This document shows, piece by piece, positions 46,050 through 59,981 of a stretch of 64,000 bases of DNA. The notes under the pieces are model-generated. The model saw only the letters and a program-made list of their open reading frames with translations. It searched no databases and was not told the DNA's origin. The stretch's first letter is position 1. The number at the start of each line of letters is the position of its first letter. The DNA lies in assembly GCA_964035545.1 (NCBI GenBank), contig OZ037769.1, positions 10,570,633-10,634,632 of the forward strand, given 5' to 3'. A program made the position numbers and the translations under genes. Origin of the DNA: Bugula neritina (taxonomy: Eukaryota > Animalia > Bryozoa).

Positions 46050-46189
46050 TTAGAGTAAGTTTGAATACCCCTTTCTTTCTTTCACAGGGTTAAATATAAC
46101 TACAGGAAATATAGCCAGAGCTCCTAATACTCCATAGCAACCAAAAAATATTACTCCATATCTTTCATTAGTGGCTTCTCCTATTTTAA
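46050..46189 (-). pseudogene. Orphan terminal exon of a third SLC16-like paralogue
   Basis: Acceptor gctttag|, phase 1, VKIGEATNERYGVIFFGCYGVLGALAIFPVVI...* aligns with AYISQSAGEKFGIIFIGCCGVLGTLAILPIII. No upstream exons recognised. Confidence 0.65.
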
Positions 46190-46278
46190 CTAAAGCACAA
46201 AATAAGTCGTTGTATAGGTATATGTGCGTATATAGACACACACACAGGCACGCACGCACACACAGGCACGCACGCACG

Positions 46279-46363
<85 letters not shown>

Positions 46364-47019
46364 CAAGCATAATTTTCATATCATCATTATGATGGCAATA
46401 AACAGTTTTTATAGAAGTGACCAACTCGGGAGGTTTTATTATGCTCAATCTTTACATATTTATACTACTTTGTTTTGGAAAATAGCAGCTTCGGTGCCTT
46501 TTAATACGTTTTTGCTGGATAAATACAAATTGACTTTAAAAACATAAAAACAGCTCAGAATAACAAACCTATAAAGAAATATCAGGCATCAATGAGAAAA
46601 TAATACTTGTATGTCTTTACTGGTAAAATATGCAGCAGATGAAGTAAAATAGCAAACATGTGCTCTCTAGAGTTTAAAAATGATGCTATAACTCTTTGAT
46701 AATTTAAAAATAAATACTCTTTTGTTTGGTATGCACCAATAGCATAAATCAAGGGCTCATGAATAGTATTTATTATTTTTGTATGCATGTTTTCAGTATA
46801 GTAATATACATACATCTGTGTGAGTGTATGTACTATTACGCTAAATACGTGCATACAAATATTATAAATACAGATACATGTAAATGCATAATTCTATTTA
46901 TGAGTATGTTTTATAAATATAACAAAAATCAGATATATATTTTACTACATAATGTTTATTCCTGCCATGCACATAGTAATCAATGTCAACTACATGGTAG
47001 AGATAACTAATAATTGTAG

Positions 47020-50000
47020 TTACAGTGTAGCTTCTTCCCATTCCATAATTTTACGTACTTTACTCATTGTGTTGTAGAAACTCTCTTCTAGTAAAGCTTT
47101 CTCCAACTCCTTCTTCTGTTTTCGCTTTCTGTAAATAAAAAAAAGAACATTATTATTAAATTGTAGTTATGAAGAAGAAACTAAGAAGGTTATAGTAGTG
47201 GCCTTTGAACAGTTGACATTCATTTATTATGCCCCAGGCCTGTCGGAGTTTGAAAAATGCTTAAAGCAATACCAAGTTGCCTAGACATAAGGGGCAGTAC
47301 CCTGATGAAGATAGTGTGGTCTTTTACTATTCAGTCTTTCTATTTTACAGTTGACAGGTTATCTCCTTCACCATATAACATGCAGCTAAAATAATACAGT
47401 GCCCCCTCCATAATTCATCGTTCTATTTCTCACGAAACTCAAGAAGTAACAAGAATGGCTTGGACCCCCGTTTTGTGGCTCATGTATGTGTTTATAGGGA
47501 CAAAATAGCAAAGTTTAACTGATCTCTGAGTTGAATCTGGTATTCTACTATGTCAAGGACACAAGGTTTGGGACTGAAGCTTAGTGAGACACGGAGGAAG
47601 CAGTGTATAGCTATTTGCTATGAAGTGTAGAAATTTAATTTTTTGAATAATTATTACTAAAATGTTGGACTCTCAGTTTAAAACAGTTTTTGGCTTTAAG
47701 TTGAAAACCAAGTTTTGACACTTAGAATAATGCAGTCACTCTTGAGTTATTCAAGTTGCGTTTCATTGGTTGACTCAAACTTTACACTAATAAAGCAAGG
47801 ATTGACAGATTGTGCTTGGTATCAAACAGTCCTCTACTTTTCTACGCAATCCTAATTCTGTATACATTATCATGTGCCACAGAGTTGGAAAAGGTACTTG
47901 TTAACACTGAGTATTCAACATAAACTAGCTATACACATGGAGTAAGCTCCAGTGTCAACTGCTAATAGAGTCACTGCAAGGGGAAGGATCTCATAAACAG
48001 GCAGCAGGCAATTGCTCATAGTGCACTACTAGTCAACACCCTGGATTTATACTAGCCAATGAAAAAGCTGAACAGCCTTTCTAATGTTTCTGCCAGTTTT
48101 AACCTTGATTTTTCAAAAGCTGCTTTTGGCATGAGTTTTAATCGAAAGTATAATATACTAAATAGGAATGGTGTGTATTAATCAACCAGACAGAAATACT
48201 TTAGAGGCTATAGGAGTGTTTTGATTTTGAAGAAAGATTTGAATGCAACCTATGAAACCGTTATAACTTGTTGCATCCTCAGTATTTAATCACAGTTTAG
48301 AAAATTTGTTTATACATACAGGCTGTCAAATATTAAAATATAATATGAGTTTGATATGTCATCATATACTGTATAGAAGACACACTGTAATATTATATAA
48401 TATAGTGTAATACAGTATAGTAAAGTGTCAAGTTTAACAGAATGCTAACCTTCTATAGCGAGCATAAGAAACAGAAGAGATGACTATCACGGTAAGCAAA
48501 ACTACGGCTGCTCCTATAGATATCCACACTGGTAAGGGTAGTAGACCTGGGAACAGAAAACACAAAGGCCTACCACTCACAGGTAATGCTTGCAAAACAT
48601 TCAACACAATAAATACAATTACGTGTTGGAAGATATACATTAAAACAATTAGTAACAACATGTGATATATGTAAATGCTGAAATTCAGGAAGTATAAGCT
48701 TTTCCATACTCACTGTTTGTGTTTTGCACCTGCTGCTTTTTGTCCATGCTGCTGGTCTGTTTAAACGTGTATACATGAGTTGTTGATGCTGTGGAGGTGT
48801 TTTTGTTAAATTTTTGGACTGATGATTTAGGTAAAGCTGTTTGAATGGTAGATAATATTGTTGTTTGCAAACGTTTGGTTGTTATTGTTGGTGTTGTAGT
48901 TGGTGTTGTTGTCGGTGTTGTTGTTGGTGTTGTGGTTGGTGTTGTTGTTGGTGTTGTTGTTGGCATTGTTGTTGGTGTTGTGGTTGGTGTTGTTGTTGGT
49001 GTTGTAGTTGGTGTTGTTGTCGGTGTTGTCGTTGGTGTTGTGGTTGGTGTTGTTGTCGGTGTTGTTGTTGATGTTGTGGTTGGTGTTGTCGTTGGTGTTG
49101 TAGTTGGTATTGTTGTTGGTGTTGTCATTGGTGTTGTGGTTGGTGTTGTTGTCGGTGTTGTCGTTGGTGTTGTAGTTGGTGTTGTTGTTAGTGTTGTAGT
49201 TGGTGTTGTCGTTGGTGTTGTCGTTGGTGTTGTCGTCGGTGTTGTCGTTGGCATTGTTGTTGGCGTTGTTGTTGGCGTTGTTGTTGGTGTTGTCGTTGGT
49301 GTTGTTGTCGGTGTTGTCGTTGGTGTTGTTGTTGATGTTGTAGTTGGTGTTGTAGTTGGTGTTGTTGTTGGTGTTGTAGTTGGTGTTGTAGTTGGTGTTG
49401 TTGTTAGTGTTGTAGTTGGTGTTGTCGTTGGTGTTGTCGTTGGTGTTGTCGTTGGTGTTGTCGTTGGTGTTGTTGTTGGCGTTGTTGTTGGCATTGTTGT
49501 TGGCGTTGTTGTTGGTGTTGTCGTTGGTGTTGTTGTCGGTGTTGTCGTTGGTGTTGTTGTTGATGTTGTAGTTGGTGTTGTTGTTGGTGTTGTAGTTGGT
49601 GTTGTAGTTGGTGTTGTTGTTGGTGTTGTTGTTGGTGTTGTTGTTGGTGTTGTCGTTGGTGTTGTCGTTGGTGTTGTCGTTGGTGTTGTTGTTGGCGTTG
49701 TTGTTGGCGTTGCTGTTGGTGTTGTTGTTGGTGTTGTGGTTGGTGTTGTTGTCGGTGTTGTTGTTGGCGTTGTCGTTGGTGTTGTCGTTGCTGTTGTTGT
49801 TGGCGTTGTTGTTGGCGTTGTTGTTGGTGTTGTCGTTGGTGTTGTTGTCGGTGTTGTCGTTGGTGTTGTTGTTGATGTTGTAGTTGGTGTTGTAGTTGGT
49901 GTTGTGGTTGGTGTTGTTGTCGGTGTTGTGGTTGGTGTTGTCGTTGTTGGTGGAATTAGTGTTGCATTCAAAACCAGGGCAAAGCCCTTTGCACCTGGAA

Positions 50001-51959
50001 GAACATCTGAGCCATCAGAGCGAAAGGTAATTGCTAAATACTTTCGACCACCAAACTGTACCGGGCTTATCTCAAACACACCCGCATCTTCAGGTCTACA
50101 TCTGCGGCCGGTGACACCCTGGCTAGTTATTGCCAATGAATCATAAATGCATGTTGTTCCTTTCAATCCCAAGTCGATGTCTTTGATTTCCAGCTGAAAA
50201 TCAGAGACTTTCATCAGTTCACATATAATAAGTGTTCAGCAGATAATCATGTTATGTTGCAATACCACATTTATTACATATTTTTGCTGATTCATGTTTG
50301 TCTAATTGATTTATCTTTAAAGCAGAAGTAAAGGACACTACTACTGGTTGTGCATACTTTAAAACCTATTACTAAAAGCTGAAAAATAACTCTATCTTTC
50401 CAAGGTTAGGACACAGAAGTTTAGCTAACCTGTAACTAACATTCATAATTTTACAGAATAGCCGCAACAGAATATTAGTTTATTTGTATGCTCAATATAT
50501 TTTAAAATTTCAGTCGTTTTTAGAATGTAGTATGCAGTTGATATAGCAAAGATGTAAGTTTTAATGCTTGTAAGTTGGTACCAGGTGTTTCCTATATTCA
50601 AGTAACAACCCAACATGCTTACTTACCACGAAATCCTTGTACTGTGTCACATCTTGCGACCATGCGCATTGGGTGTTGGGTGGATAGGTGTTGGGGTAGT
50701 TGGGAGACTTGATGAACGCTGGCAAAGTATTCACTTCCCTCCAGTAAATCTCATCACATATGTTAACATAGTTTACTAACTCATCTGTTCACAGGAATAA
50801 CAAGCTGTTAGATTATTTTTAGCATTATAAGCTGACTGTCAGACTATATATAGTAATAACAGGGCATATGGCAGTGAAACAGAGAAGTTTATGTAGTAAT
50901 AACTCCATATAGTAATAACGCAGTTGATCTAGTAATAAAATGTTATGTAGTAACAGCAGTTTATATAGTAATAACAATTTATGTAGTAATAACAGTTTAT
51001 ATATTAATAACAGTTTATGTAGTAATAACAGTTTATATAGTAATAACAATTTATTTAAAACACTCTGTCAAACTTGGCATACAGTAAATAGCTATACAAG
51101 TCAGCTATTTTAATAATATGTAAATTAATACAATGTCATTATGCCCAAAAAGATGCAAGAACTTTACATATAAACTGAACAATTGCAAGTATTCAGTTCA
51201 TTGTAGCACATAATGTACATCAGATATTTGCAATCGTAACTTTTTTAAATTCTTAAACTATAAGTTCCGTTGTCAATTTTTTAGCTATGTATTTACGTTT
51301 CTATATATAAAGATAAACTTCTTATCTCTCTGCCATATTGTGTCACAGAAAACTAGTATTACTGATGCAGAGATTAAAATTTATAATATGGAACCACTAC
51401 ACATCTAAGACACACTGACTTATCCTTTTATATTAAACTCAATTGTAGCTCTTAGTAATATCATTCTATTTTAGGGTCTAAGACTAACAATCGGTGAGAT
51501 TCTTCGTGATATCATTTATACAGGAAATTGGCAATTAAAAAAGACTACTGTAATATAGTAAAACTTCTTCCAGCTGAGCAACATATTATAGCTGCATGTG
51601 TATATATAACTATTATTCTATTTAATCTACAAGTATGAAGATATTTACTATAACCTCTTTCACAGTCACATGTCCTCTTCTTCGTTTGAAGGATTTTTGA
51701 TTAAAACTATTCTCAAACAGATAGTGAAACATGAATTGGTGCTCCTGTGACATTTCTCTAATTCTAGCAGTTTGTAAATGTTTTGTAACACAAAAAAGTT
51801 AGTAAAATATTCATATTGTTGCAACTTTCGTAATAAAATTATACATATAGTAGTTGTATGGGTAAAAATGTTGTATAACCTACCTTCAGACAGCCGAGAA
51901 CTTTGGGTGCTTCTTATAAAGTATAACAACAACACCAGGAAATATTCCTTTACTTTCAT
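47020..51959 (-). CDS. Type I membrane protein: signal peptide, CUB domain, (TTTP)n mucin stalk, TM helix, short cytoplasmic tail (~639 aa); 5 exons
   Basis: Exons 51959-51884, 50784-50627, 50193-48714, 48546-48450, 47128-47020, phase-compatible. CUB motifs FIKSPNYPNTYPPNTQCAW, CIYDSL, ITFRSDGS...KGF; TM VWISIGAAVVLLTVIVISSVSY followed by RYRRKRK. Confidence 0.88.
48885..49950 (-). repeat. 12-bp coding tandem repeat encoding (TTTP) x ~88
   Basis: acaacaacacca units with third-position variation and the frame preserved. Confidence 0.95.
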
Positions 51960-54879
51960 GGTGGATAATTTCGGCGTGAGAGAACTTGAAATGTGCAGTT
52001 GAGAAATAGTTAAGTTAGGAGACTATAGAGTTATCATGTGAAGAGAGTGCTGAAAAGACTATTCTATCTATAATATCTACTTCTGCCTACTTAGTGTTAC
52101 ACACTGATGCTTTAAAAAGAGTGTTTTTGGTTGGCCTGATAACGTTTATGATTGTTTGTTAATTGTTTTACAATATATTAGTGATTTCAATGAGGAAAGT
52201 ATAACTGATATAATCTGCAAAGATATTAGTGAATAATTTATTTTTATCTTTTGGTCAAATACGAAGCTGGAAAAACATATTAAATATGGTTATTATAATA
52301 GAATAGCAGGGATGAAACTGAAAACAGTTCTCTGTTTATATAATATTTACATAGTAGGCTGCGTGCTATGTAAGAAAGTATTAGGAATAAGTAATGATTT
52401 TGCATTTAAGAATAGACACAGTTTCATAATTTCAACAATTACGAGTAACAGCATGCACCAAAAACATTGAAAGGCAAGTTCATGCACTTCTTTTCTGTCA
52501 TGAACCAAAACCTTTGTCAGTGTTTAATTCTAACTTTTAACATTCTGTTTGAAAATTGAACTTAATTCTACTTTAATCTTCATTGTCATGATGAGTACAA
52601 CTAACATTGAACTTAAAAAGTTTTACAGATTTACTGATTCTCTATTTTGCAACCTCGGCCTTGGTAATTCATACACAAAGAATGACTAATTTATTTCAAT
52701 GATAAGCAAACATTCTTCAAGTCTGAAATTCTGTTTGTTCTTTGTAGAATGTTATCTTGCAACTTTTAAATTCTTTTCGTATTACTTTGCACATTGAAGA
52801 TGTCCTCGTTTTACCAGATAGTTCCGATCAAATAAATATCTAAATAGCCACAAGTTGTTCCTGTACATCTTTGCATGTGGTAATTCTATGCAAGAATTAA
52901 CACTCTTTCTATCTAAAAGATACAGAGTAGCACAAACTCTCTTGCTTTGTACGTCATGTGACCTCTTAGCATACCTATAAGCTGCTGTTTGCTTGATATT
53001 TTAGAATTACTGTCTTTGTTATTAGACCAAACACAGCAAAGTACCTACTTATCAGTTAGTATGATGGTTGATGAACTGTTCTCAACAAAATTCTGTTAGC
53101 TGATGCTTGTATCTCATTGGCCTAATTATGGATTTTGTATTTTAATTTGCAGTTTTATATATAAGTTATAATGGTGACATTTTAGAGTTGGTACACAACC
53201 CTGATTGGCTGAGTTTTTATAGTCTATTGTTTAGCCTACAGTTGAACTGTTGGAAATTTCATGATCTCATATGATTCTTTGCTGCTGTACGGATTACTCA
53301 CTGTCTTATTTAATCAAGATGATGCCTTGAGGTGCAGTGTTGAGTTTACCCAGTAGCCCCTGTGGTGTAATGGTGTAATAAGATCTACATACTATAATTT
53401 AATCCGAATCGGTGGGTGGCCTCTACTCAGGCACTTTGAGATACATTTCTTCACTATTGGCCTGCAGGGTTCAGTCTAACGGAGTATCATCCCTAACAAC
53501 TGGGACCATTCTTGGATGATAGTTCAGACATCTTTTTGAAGGTTCTGTGCAATACTCTTAACTGAACAGTATTAATTATATAAAGCTTGATTGATTATTC
53601 ATCAAAATATACCTCTTTTCATACAAAAAGAAAAATCGGACAACAATCAAAATATATTAATTGGTCGGCAATGGCTTCAATGCTTTCTTGTAAACACCTT
53701 ATTGGATAGCAATTTCATTCAAGAATTTTCGCTTATGCTGATTATCCTTGATATAACCACAAAATAATTTTAAAAATGTTGAACTATCGTAAGTTTATGT
53801 TGAGGCTGCAGCTCAAACATAAAATTATGACTATTATACATTTTTAAAATTATTTTGTGACATCAGGCATTTCTAGATTTATTTTGTCACTTTTAGCTAT
53901 TTATGTTTATTTTTCTCAACTGTACTAAATTATTATTAGCAATAAATTAATAATAATAATATTATATAAATAATGGCCTCCCCAGCTTATATGGAGGTAG
54001 AAAAATGGGAATTTATGCTCCTTATAAAAAAACAACTAGTCTCTATAATAATGGTTATGTTAATTTTTGCAATACTCTGGTAGCAGCTTTCCACTTCAGT
54101 AATTTGAGCTAATTAGTGTAGTATTGAGCTTATAGGGAACTAAGAAAGTTGACAACTAAATTTCTATATTATTTTGATGACTGACATTAGATTAGCAAAT
54201 CCTAGCATCTAATGGGCATCCAAAGCAATATTTTTAAAGAGCTGTGTAGCAGTGATCTGAACAGAATGTCAATTTCTGATTTTAAAGAGATTTTTCGAAG
54301 GGAGATATAAATTTTTGAACTTGATTAGCAAGAATAATGCGCTACAAAACATCACTACTACATGAAACTTTAGATACTTGTAACTCTAAATATGAAAGAT
54401 ATACTATCTTGTAGTTACATCCCCTGCTGATACTGGACTTTGGAGTTGCGTATACAGGTTAAGTAATTATAGAATAAGTAAAATGATTCATCTTCTGCTG
54501 TCAATAGATATCACACAGCTTGCAGGAACAAGTTATTCACAATATTTCAACTCAACTCTGATTCATCAACCAAAGTCTTCTTTCTCAGAATGAGTTAATG
54601 GGTCTTGTGATAAATAGTGTAATTTAAAGTACTATTTGCAATCAATAAAGGAAAATAGAAGTCGTTGTATTATAGGCAAGATCATCGAAAAGATCATATA
54701 GTATATATTAGTAGTGCCATATTATAGTAGCATATATTAACAGTGCCATTTAGTATAATATAATATCAGTAATTGCATTTGTTTATAACTGGTTATTATT
54801 CTATATATGCAAGAGCAACAACATCTGCTGAATAATAGGTGGTATGGTAGGTAATTAGCAGGTGGATGCTGGTAGGTGG

Positions 54880-54955
54880 ATGGTAGGTGAGTGGTAGGTG
54901 AGTGGTAGGTGAGTGGTAGGTGAGTGGTAGGTGAGTGGTAGGTGAGTGGTAGGTA
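54880..54955. repeat. 11-bp tandem repeat (ggtaggtgagt)n
   Basis: About 6.5 copies; a degenerate counterpart lies at ~60320-60460. Confidence 0.85.
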
Positions 54956-56484
54956 TTGTAGGTAGTTAGTAGCTGAAAAGTTTATCCAAGCAGGTCAAAA
55001 CTGTACTGAATAAATATCATTATAAGTTTAAATCTCAACCCAAGTTCCTGCTTCATATCAACAGATTTAAACCTTTTCGCATATATTTTTATGCAGCAGT
55101 GCATAAGCAATAGAAATGGTAAAGTACATCCTGCCAGGTTCATGTGGTATAACAAATTCTGACATTGTGGAATTTTAGAGTTAATTTTGTTACAGAGTGT
55201 GCTCTTGCATTACAAGCTACACCTAAACCCATACGCATTTCAATTCATCGTGTTGACCCAAATTTATTCATAAAGTAAGCTGAATATTTTTATGTAGCTT
55301 GAAGGTTTCTTTTCTTTATTCAACAAGGCTGAAGATGGTGTTTCCTTCAAGTGCATGGTTGTTCAAAGGTTGAATAATTTAGAACTTTGATGATGATTGA
55401 CAGGTGTCTGTCAGAGATAACAACAAATTTTGAGTCTTTCAGCTAGACAACTTCAGCACATGCAGCGTGAATACGTCCACTGGGACATTACTCTCATGTG
55501 TCAGCTTGCATTACACAGTATTGTTATAAAGAGGTGTTTGCTGCTTAAGGTGTTTGTTTCTATAGACAGAGTCTCCTTTAAGGTCTAGTGTTTAGAGCAC
55601 TGTTCTTAACTCACCAACTGCTGTTTACTGTGACAAGAGATTATTGACAGGCACTGGTGGCCAAAGCTCTGGTGCAGTGATTTGGTGTGAATTTGAAGAT
55701 CACTTTCTCATAACACAGCATAGAATGACTCCCTTTTAAACTATTACTATACTGTTGGTAGGTTAGTTGTGTCAGTTTATTTTCTTTGCAGACCTTTGCA
55801 CTTGGCTTACTTCTCAAAATATATTTTACTTTTGCTCTGAAGTTGTCTTTTTAAAGTCCTTGGAGAGTGATTTTGGGTAATTACTTCCCCTTGATTAATA
55901 AATCACTATTTGCAATTACAATTTTGAGTTGTCTGTCCTTTGAAGAGGTGTCTCTGTCCCATATGTAACATGATACTAGACTGTTACTGTGCATTCATAT
56001 TAATTCAAACTGAAGTAACCATATTATTTTGGCTGATTGAATAAAAGCAATTGTAAAAGTTCTGGTGTTTTAATAAGCTTGTGTAGAATATAGCAGTACC
56101 ACGTGTCCAACATAATATGACTCATCGATTCATATATATTATTACTATTATTATTATGACATATAAATAAATGACACTTACTAACATATCAGCATGTATT
56201 AACCCGTTTCTTACATAAATAGACTGAATGTTGTAAAATTCAAAAATTCATATTTATCTTTATTTTGTAATTTTTCATTACATTTTTTCAAGTATAAATA
56301 AATCAAGCAAGCAACATGCCCAAAGTTTGTAAAACTCATGCTAATTCACAGCTTCCAATGAAAATGTTGAAATTGGTATACTCCATTACGTCAAGATTTA
56401 AGAGCCAGATCCTTACACATGTAAAAATTACAGTTTAATTTAGAAATGTCAATATACAAAGTTTCTTCTAAGCATATTTGCAGG

Positions 56485-58985
56485 TTAACTACTATTCAGC
56501 AGTTGCAGTATGTTTTTAGAAAGCCTCTTGATTTCATTCCTGTCTTGTGGCGTGAGGGCCTTCACATTCTGATCATGACAGAGAGGATTTCTTATTCTTA
56601 CTATGCCCTTTATCATGCCATTGACGTCGCTAGGAAGCTGGTCTTGCACCGAGTATCTCAATTGACCTTCAAAGCAGAGTATAAACATTTTATGTGTAAA
56701 TCGAGACTTTTAGTTTCAGCTAAAAATGGCACATGTAAAGTTAAGAACATACTGACACCCCTTGTAAAATATTTACAACCCACACCCTCTATAAACAATC
56801 TACTATCCACACCCCCTATAGAATATCTCCTACCCACACCTTGTGCCAGGGAGAAAATCCTGGCTCTTTGCCAAAATTTGAATAAAAAATATGTTAGCTT
56901 TTTGCAGCTTGTTCAGCTATTTTGTTGGCTTTTTGGTTATGTTATTTTTAATGTATTAGAAATATTAGCAATTCACTTGCCAGGAAGACGCTATAAAGAG
57001 CTGATGTTTGTAAGTAGAATTATAATTTTGAAGTTTTATGTTTTTGTTGATGTTATTTGAAGTTTACTTATGTATGTATTTTTGTGCAGTATGTAATTAT
57101 TTGTTGATATTTTAATAGAGTACAAGACCATGAGTAAATAAAATTCAAAGATTAAGAAAGTATTGCTCGATGCTTGTTGCTAGCCAACTCGATAAGCCAT
57201 TCCTGGCACACACCTCCTGTAGAATATCTACTATACCCACACCCCCTGTAGATTATCTACTACCTAAACACCCCCTGTAGAATATATATTACCTAAACTA
57301 CCAGCAATAGAATATTATGAAGTGGACAGATGTGCCTATTTATTATAATTTGGAATATATTTCCATAAACATTTTAATAGTAGATTAGATAATATGATAC
57401 TTATTGGGATATATTGAGCCCCTTTAATATATAATAAAAATAAAAAGATAAAGATAAAAAAAATTTCAAACAAATTTTGGCAATTTGAAATTTAAGTCAA
57501 GACTGAACTTGATTTCTCACTCAAACATCTCTAAGCGAAGAATAGAAGAAAAAAAATTGTTTCAATTCTCCCCAGACAGTTTGAAATAGTTGAATCCTTT
57601 CAGTGATATTTTAGTACTGCAAGTCTTAGTTGTAGCACTTGTTGGGGGGGTCAGGGTCAAGGCTAAGTGTTAGTTATATAGATATAGCCATCCAGTTGGA
57701 GCTACAGACAATCTACACTCTACAGACAAAAGAACTAAACTTTCTCATTTAAAAAAACAAAAAGTAAAACTGCGTATACATTTCATAATCACATAAATGC
57801 TGGCATTGGCAATAATTAGTGAAAAATCTTTTGTTAGGCATCAGCTAGTCACAGACTTCATAACAATGAGGGAGAAATAAATCAGTTGGACTAGCCAACA
57901 ATATTCTAGACTCTAGAGTCTAGATCATGGGGGGAGTAGATACGGCCCTCGAGCTATATTTATGTGGCCCCCAAGGTATAGCAAGTTACAGAAGTTTTTT
58001 CATCAAATTTGCCAACTAGCCTGTAACAGCAGCACATAGGGTAGTTGAGAGCATCCTCACTAAGAATAATATCATAAATGTCCCTCAAAATGTAGTTTAG
58101 GTTCTTGTATAATATTGCTCTGTGGATGACAAGCGTGTTGCCTACTTGTCATTGTTTAGCCTGAGATCAAACAACAACCAACAAACAGCAACAGGGCTGC
58201 ATCATTTACCAACATTCCATTGTGAATGCCCCATAAACAAAGTATACAGCCAGCTAGTCATTATAGCCTGTTTATATCTATAGTTATATACAGGCTATAC
58301 TAGCTACACGAGTTATACAGGCTATACAAACAGGGGTCTGAAATTGTTCACAAGGAATTTTTACAGTGAAACAGCATAGTTCTCACTTCAGTCAGAAACT
58401 AACTAAACTCTAGAGTGAGGACATGAGATACACTAAAGCTACAAGGGGTGCTCAACTGGAGGTCTCAGAACTACATACATGTGCTCTGCAACTATAAAAT
58501 TCTGACATCCATTAAAAAGTTTCAGAAAGAACTTTTATCTGCTTGTATAGAATACCAGACAGCCAAACTAAATATGCATTATTTGAAACAGATACGAAAA
58601 TAGCTTTCCATTATGTTTAACAGAACAATTCTTTTAGTAGACCAGCTCCTTTTGCTTTCAGTTAACTAGCAAACTGTTAAAAAAGTTGAACTCAAGGCAA
58701 ATGACAAACAGAACCATGTATACAGTATTTACCTAAACCCTCTCCCTCAGCTCCATATCTAGTTTTAAGAAGCACCTCCAGCTTCTTGCTGATTGTGATG
58801 ACTAGTTCGTAGTCATTGGGGAGATACTGGTTCTGTGCTGGTGGAGATGGTGCTGGTGCTGGTGCTGGTGCTGGTGCTGGTGGTCGTGGAGCTACCGGTC
58901 TGCCATATCCTGCAGGTTGACCTGTGAACCTGTAGTTGTCAGCATGATCATTGTAATCATCAGGTGACCTAAAGCAGTTCCCCAT
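56485..58985 (-). CDS. 144-aa protein: MGNC N-terminus, Pro/Ala linker, HEPN (DUF4145-like) domain; copy 1
   Basis: Exons 58985-58733 and 56666-56485 (phase 1, G|GTAAAT...TTTGAAG|GT). Domain NDYELVITISKKLEVLLKTRYGAEGEGLGQLRYSVQDQLPSDVNGMIKGIVRIRNPLCHD has an RNxxxH motif. Gene structure is well supported; the domain call is by motif recognition. Confidence 0.8.
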
Positions 58986-59152
58986 CACGGCTAGCCTCTT
59001 CTATTGTGAGTTCTAGAAGCTACTAGTGCTAGTACTGGTGCCCTCTATCCTGTAAGCAATGCTACATTGTCATCACTACTAACATGTCAAATAAACTTGG
59101 CATAAGCAGCCAATATTTCATCGCAGTGCTAGATATTTGCCGTGAGTGAAGG

Positions 59153-59162
59153 GGGAATTCCC
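59153..59162. promoter_or_regulatory. Candidate NF-kB/Rel site GGGAATTCCC
   Basis: Perfect palindromic match to GGGRNWYYCC, ~170 bp upstream of the ATG at 58985; CCAAT nearby at ~59110. Confidence 0.5.
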
Positions 59163-59981
59163 ACTTCATATGCAGATTATAGAGGTCGCCACAAAACCTA
59201 ATAAGCTAACATATTAGTTTGTGGTTAGTTAACGCATGCAGCAAACAGTTTATATGCAATTTTTATGGGCTAATAGAGAGAGCTTGCGGAAGTATCAATA
59301 TTATCTATTTCAATGATGAACCAAACAATAATTTCATAAATAAACTATGAGTTTGTGCTTTGTTGAATGCACCCATCAATCACACCAAAAGCATACTAAT
59401 GCCAAGTTATCTTTATAACTCAGTAAATGAGTAAATCATGGACTAGGAGTTGCGTCTGCAGTAAAGCTGTATAGTAATAATTTCATAAATAAACTGCACT
59501 AGTAATAGCATTGTCAGGAACTGCACGTGATTTGTAGAAAACAGGCTACCGTGAAATTACTCTGTGAATCAAAAAGCAAGTCACCAACTATTTATTCATA
59601 CTTCAAATAAACATGGCCTCTGCAGTGACATTCATTCTCTCCTTGGCTGCATGGATGTGAGTTCAGCTCCATCAACACATCTTCAGTCACTATTACTATA
59701 AAATGACTTTACAAAATCGTTTATAAGAAATATAATATGTGTGAAATTAGGAGATATAGGTTCTTAGACCATGCAAAAGGAAAAAATATATCCCTGATGT
59801 CAGCAAAGCCATCTTGTAAACCTTGTAAACACACCAGTATAGCTAGCTACAAGTATACTTGTAAGCTGCACTTCATGTTTGTTTTAGACTTGCCCTAACT
59901 GTGGTAAGTAAAGTGCAAGAGTCATGACTAATGCAGCCACTATGTGGAAGTTATGTAAAGCCAATCAGCTATTCTCATATA

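Noticed and set aside
47020-47034. C-terminal EATL as a class I PDZ-binding motif
   Set aside because: Position -2 is Ala, not Ser/Thr.
47295-47336. CTGATGA followed by a hairpin (possible hammerhead)
   Set aside because: No GAAA after the stem, so the core is incomplete.
48845-50146. 433-aa Val/Gly ORF on the + strand
   Set aside because: Antisense shadow of the mucin repeat exon.
52780-53560. Two exon-like minus-strand segments (YAKRSHDVQSKRVCATLY... and a GC-richer block at ~53295-53560)
   Set aside because: The upstream block had stops in the frames I translated and no family was recognised. Possibly a pseudogene, but not supportable.
56446-57060. 204-aa + strand ORF (170 aa in the duplicate at 61524)
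   Set aside because: Antisense to HEPN exon 2 and its intron, no recognisable motif, and the C-terminal frame is not conserved between copies.
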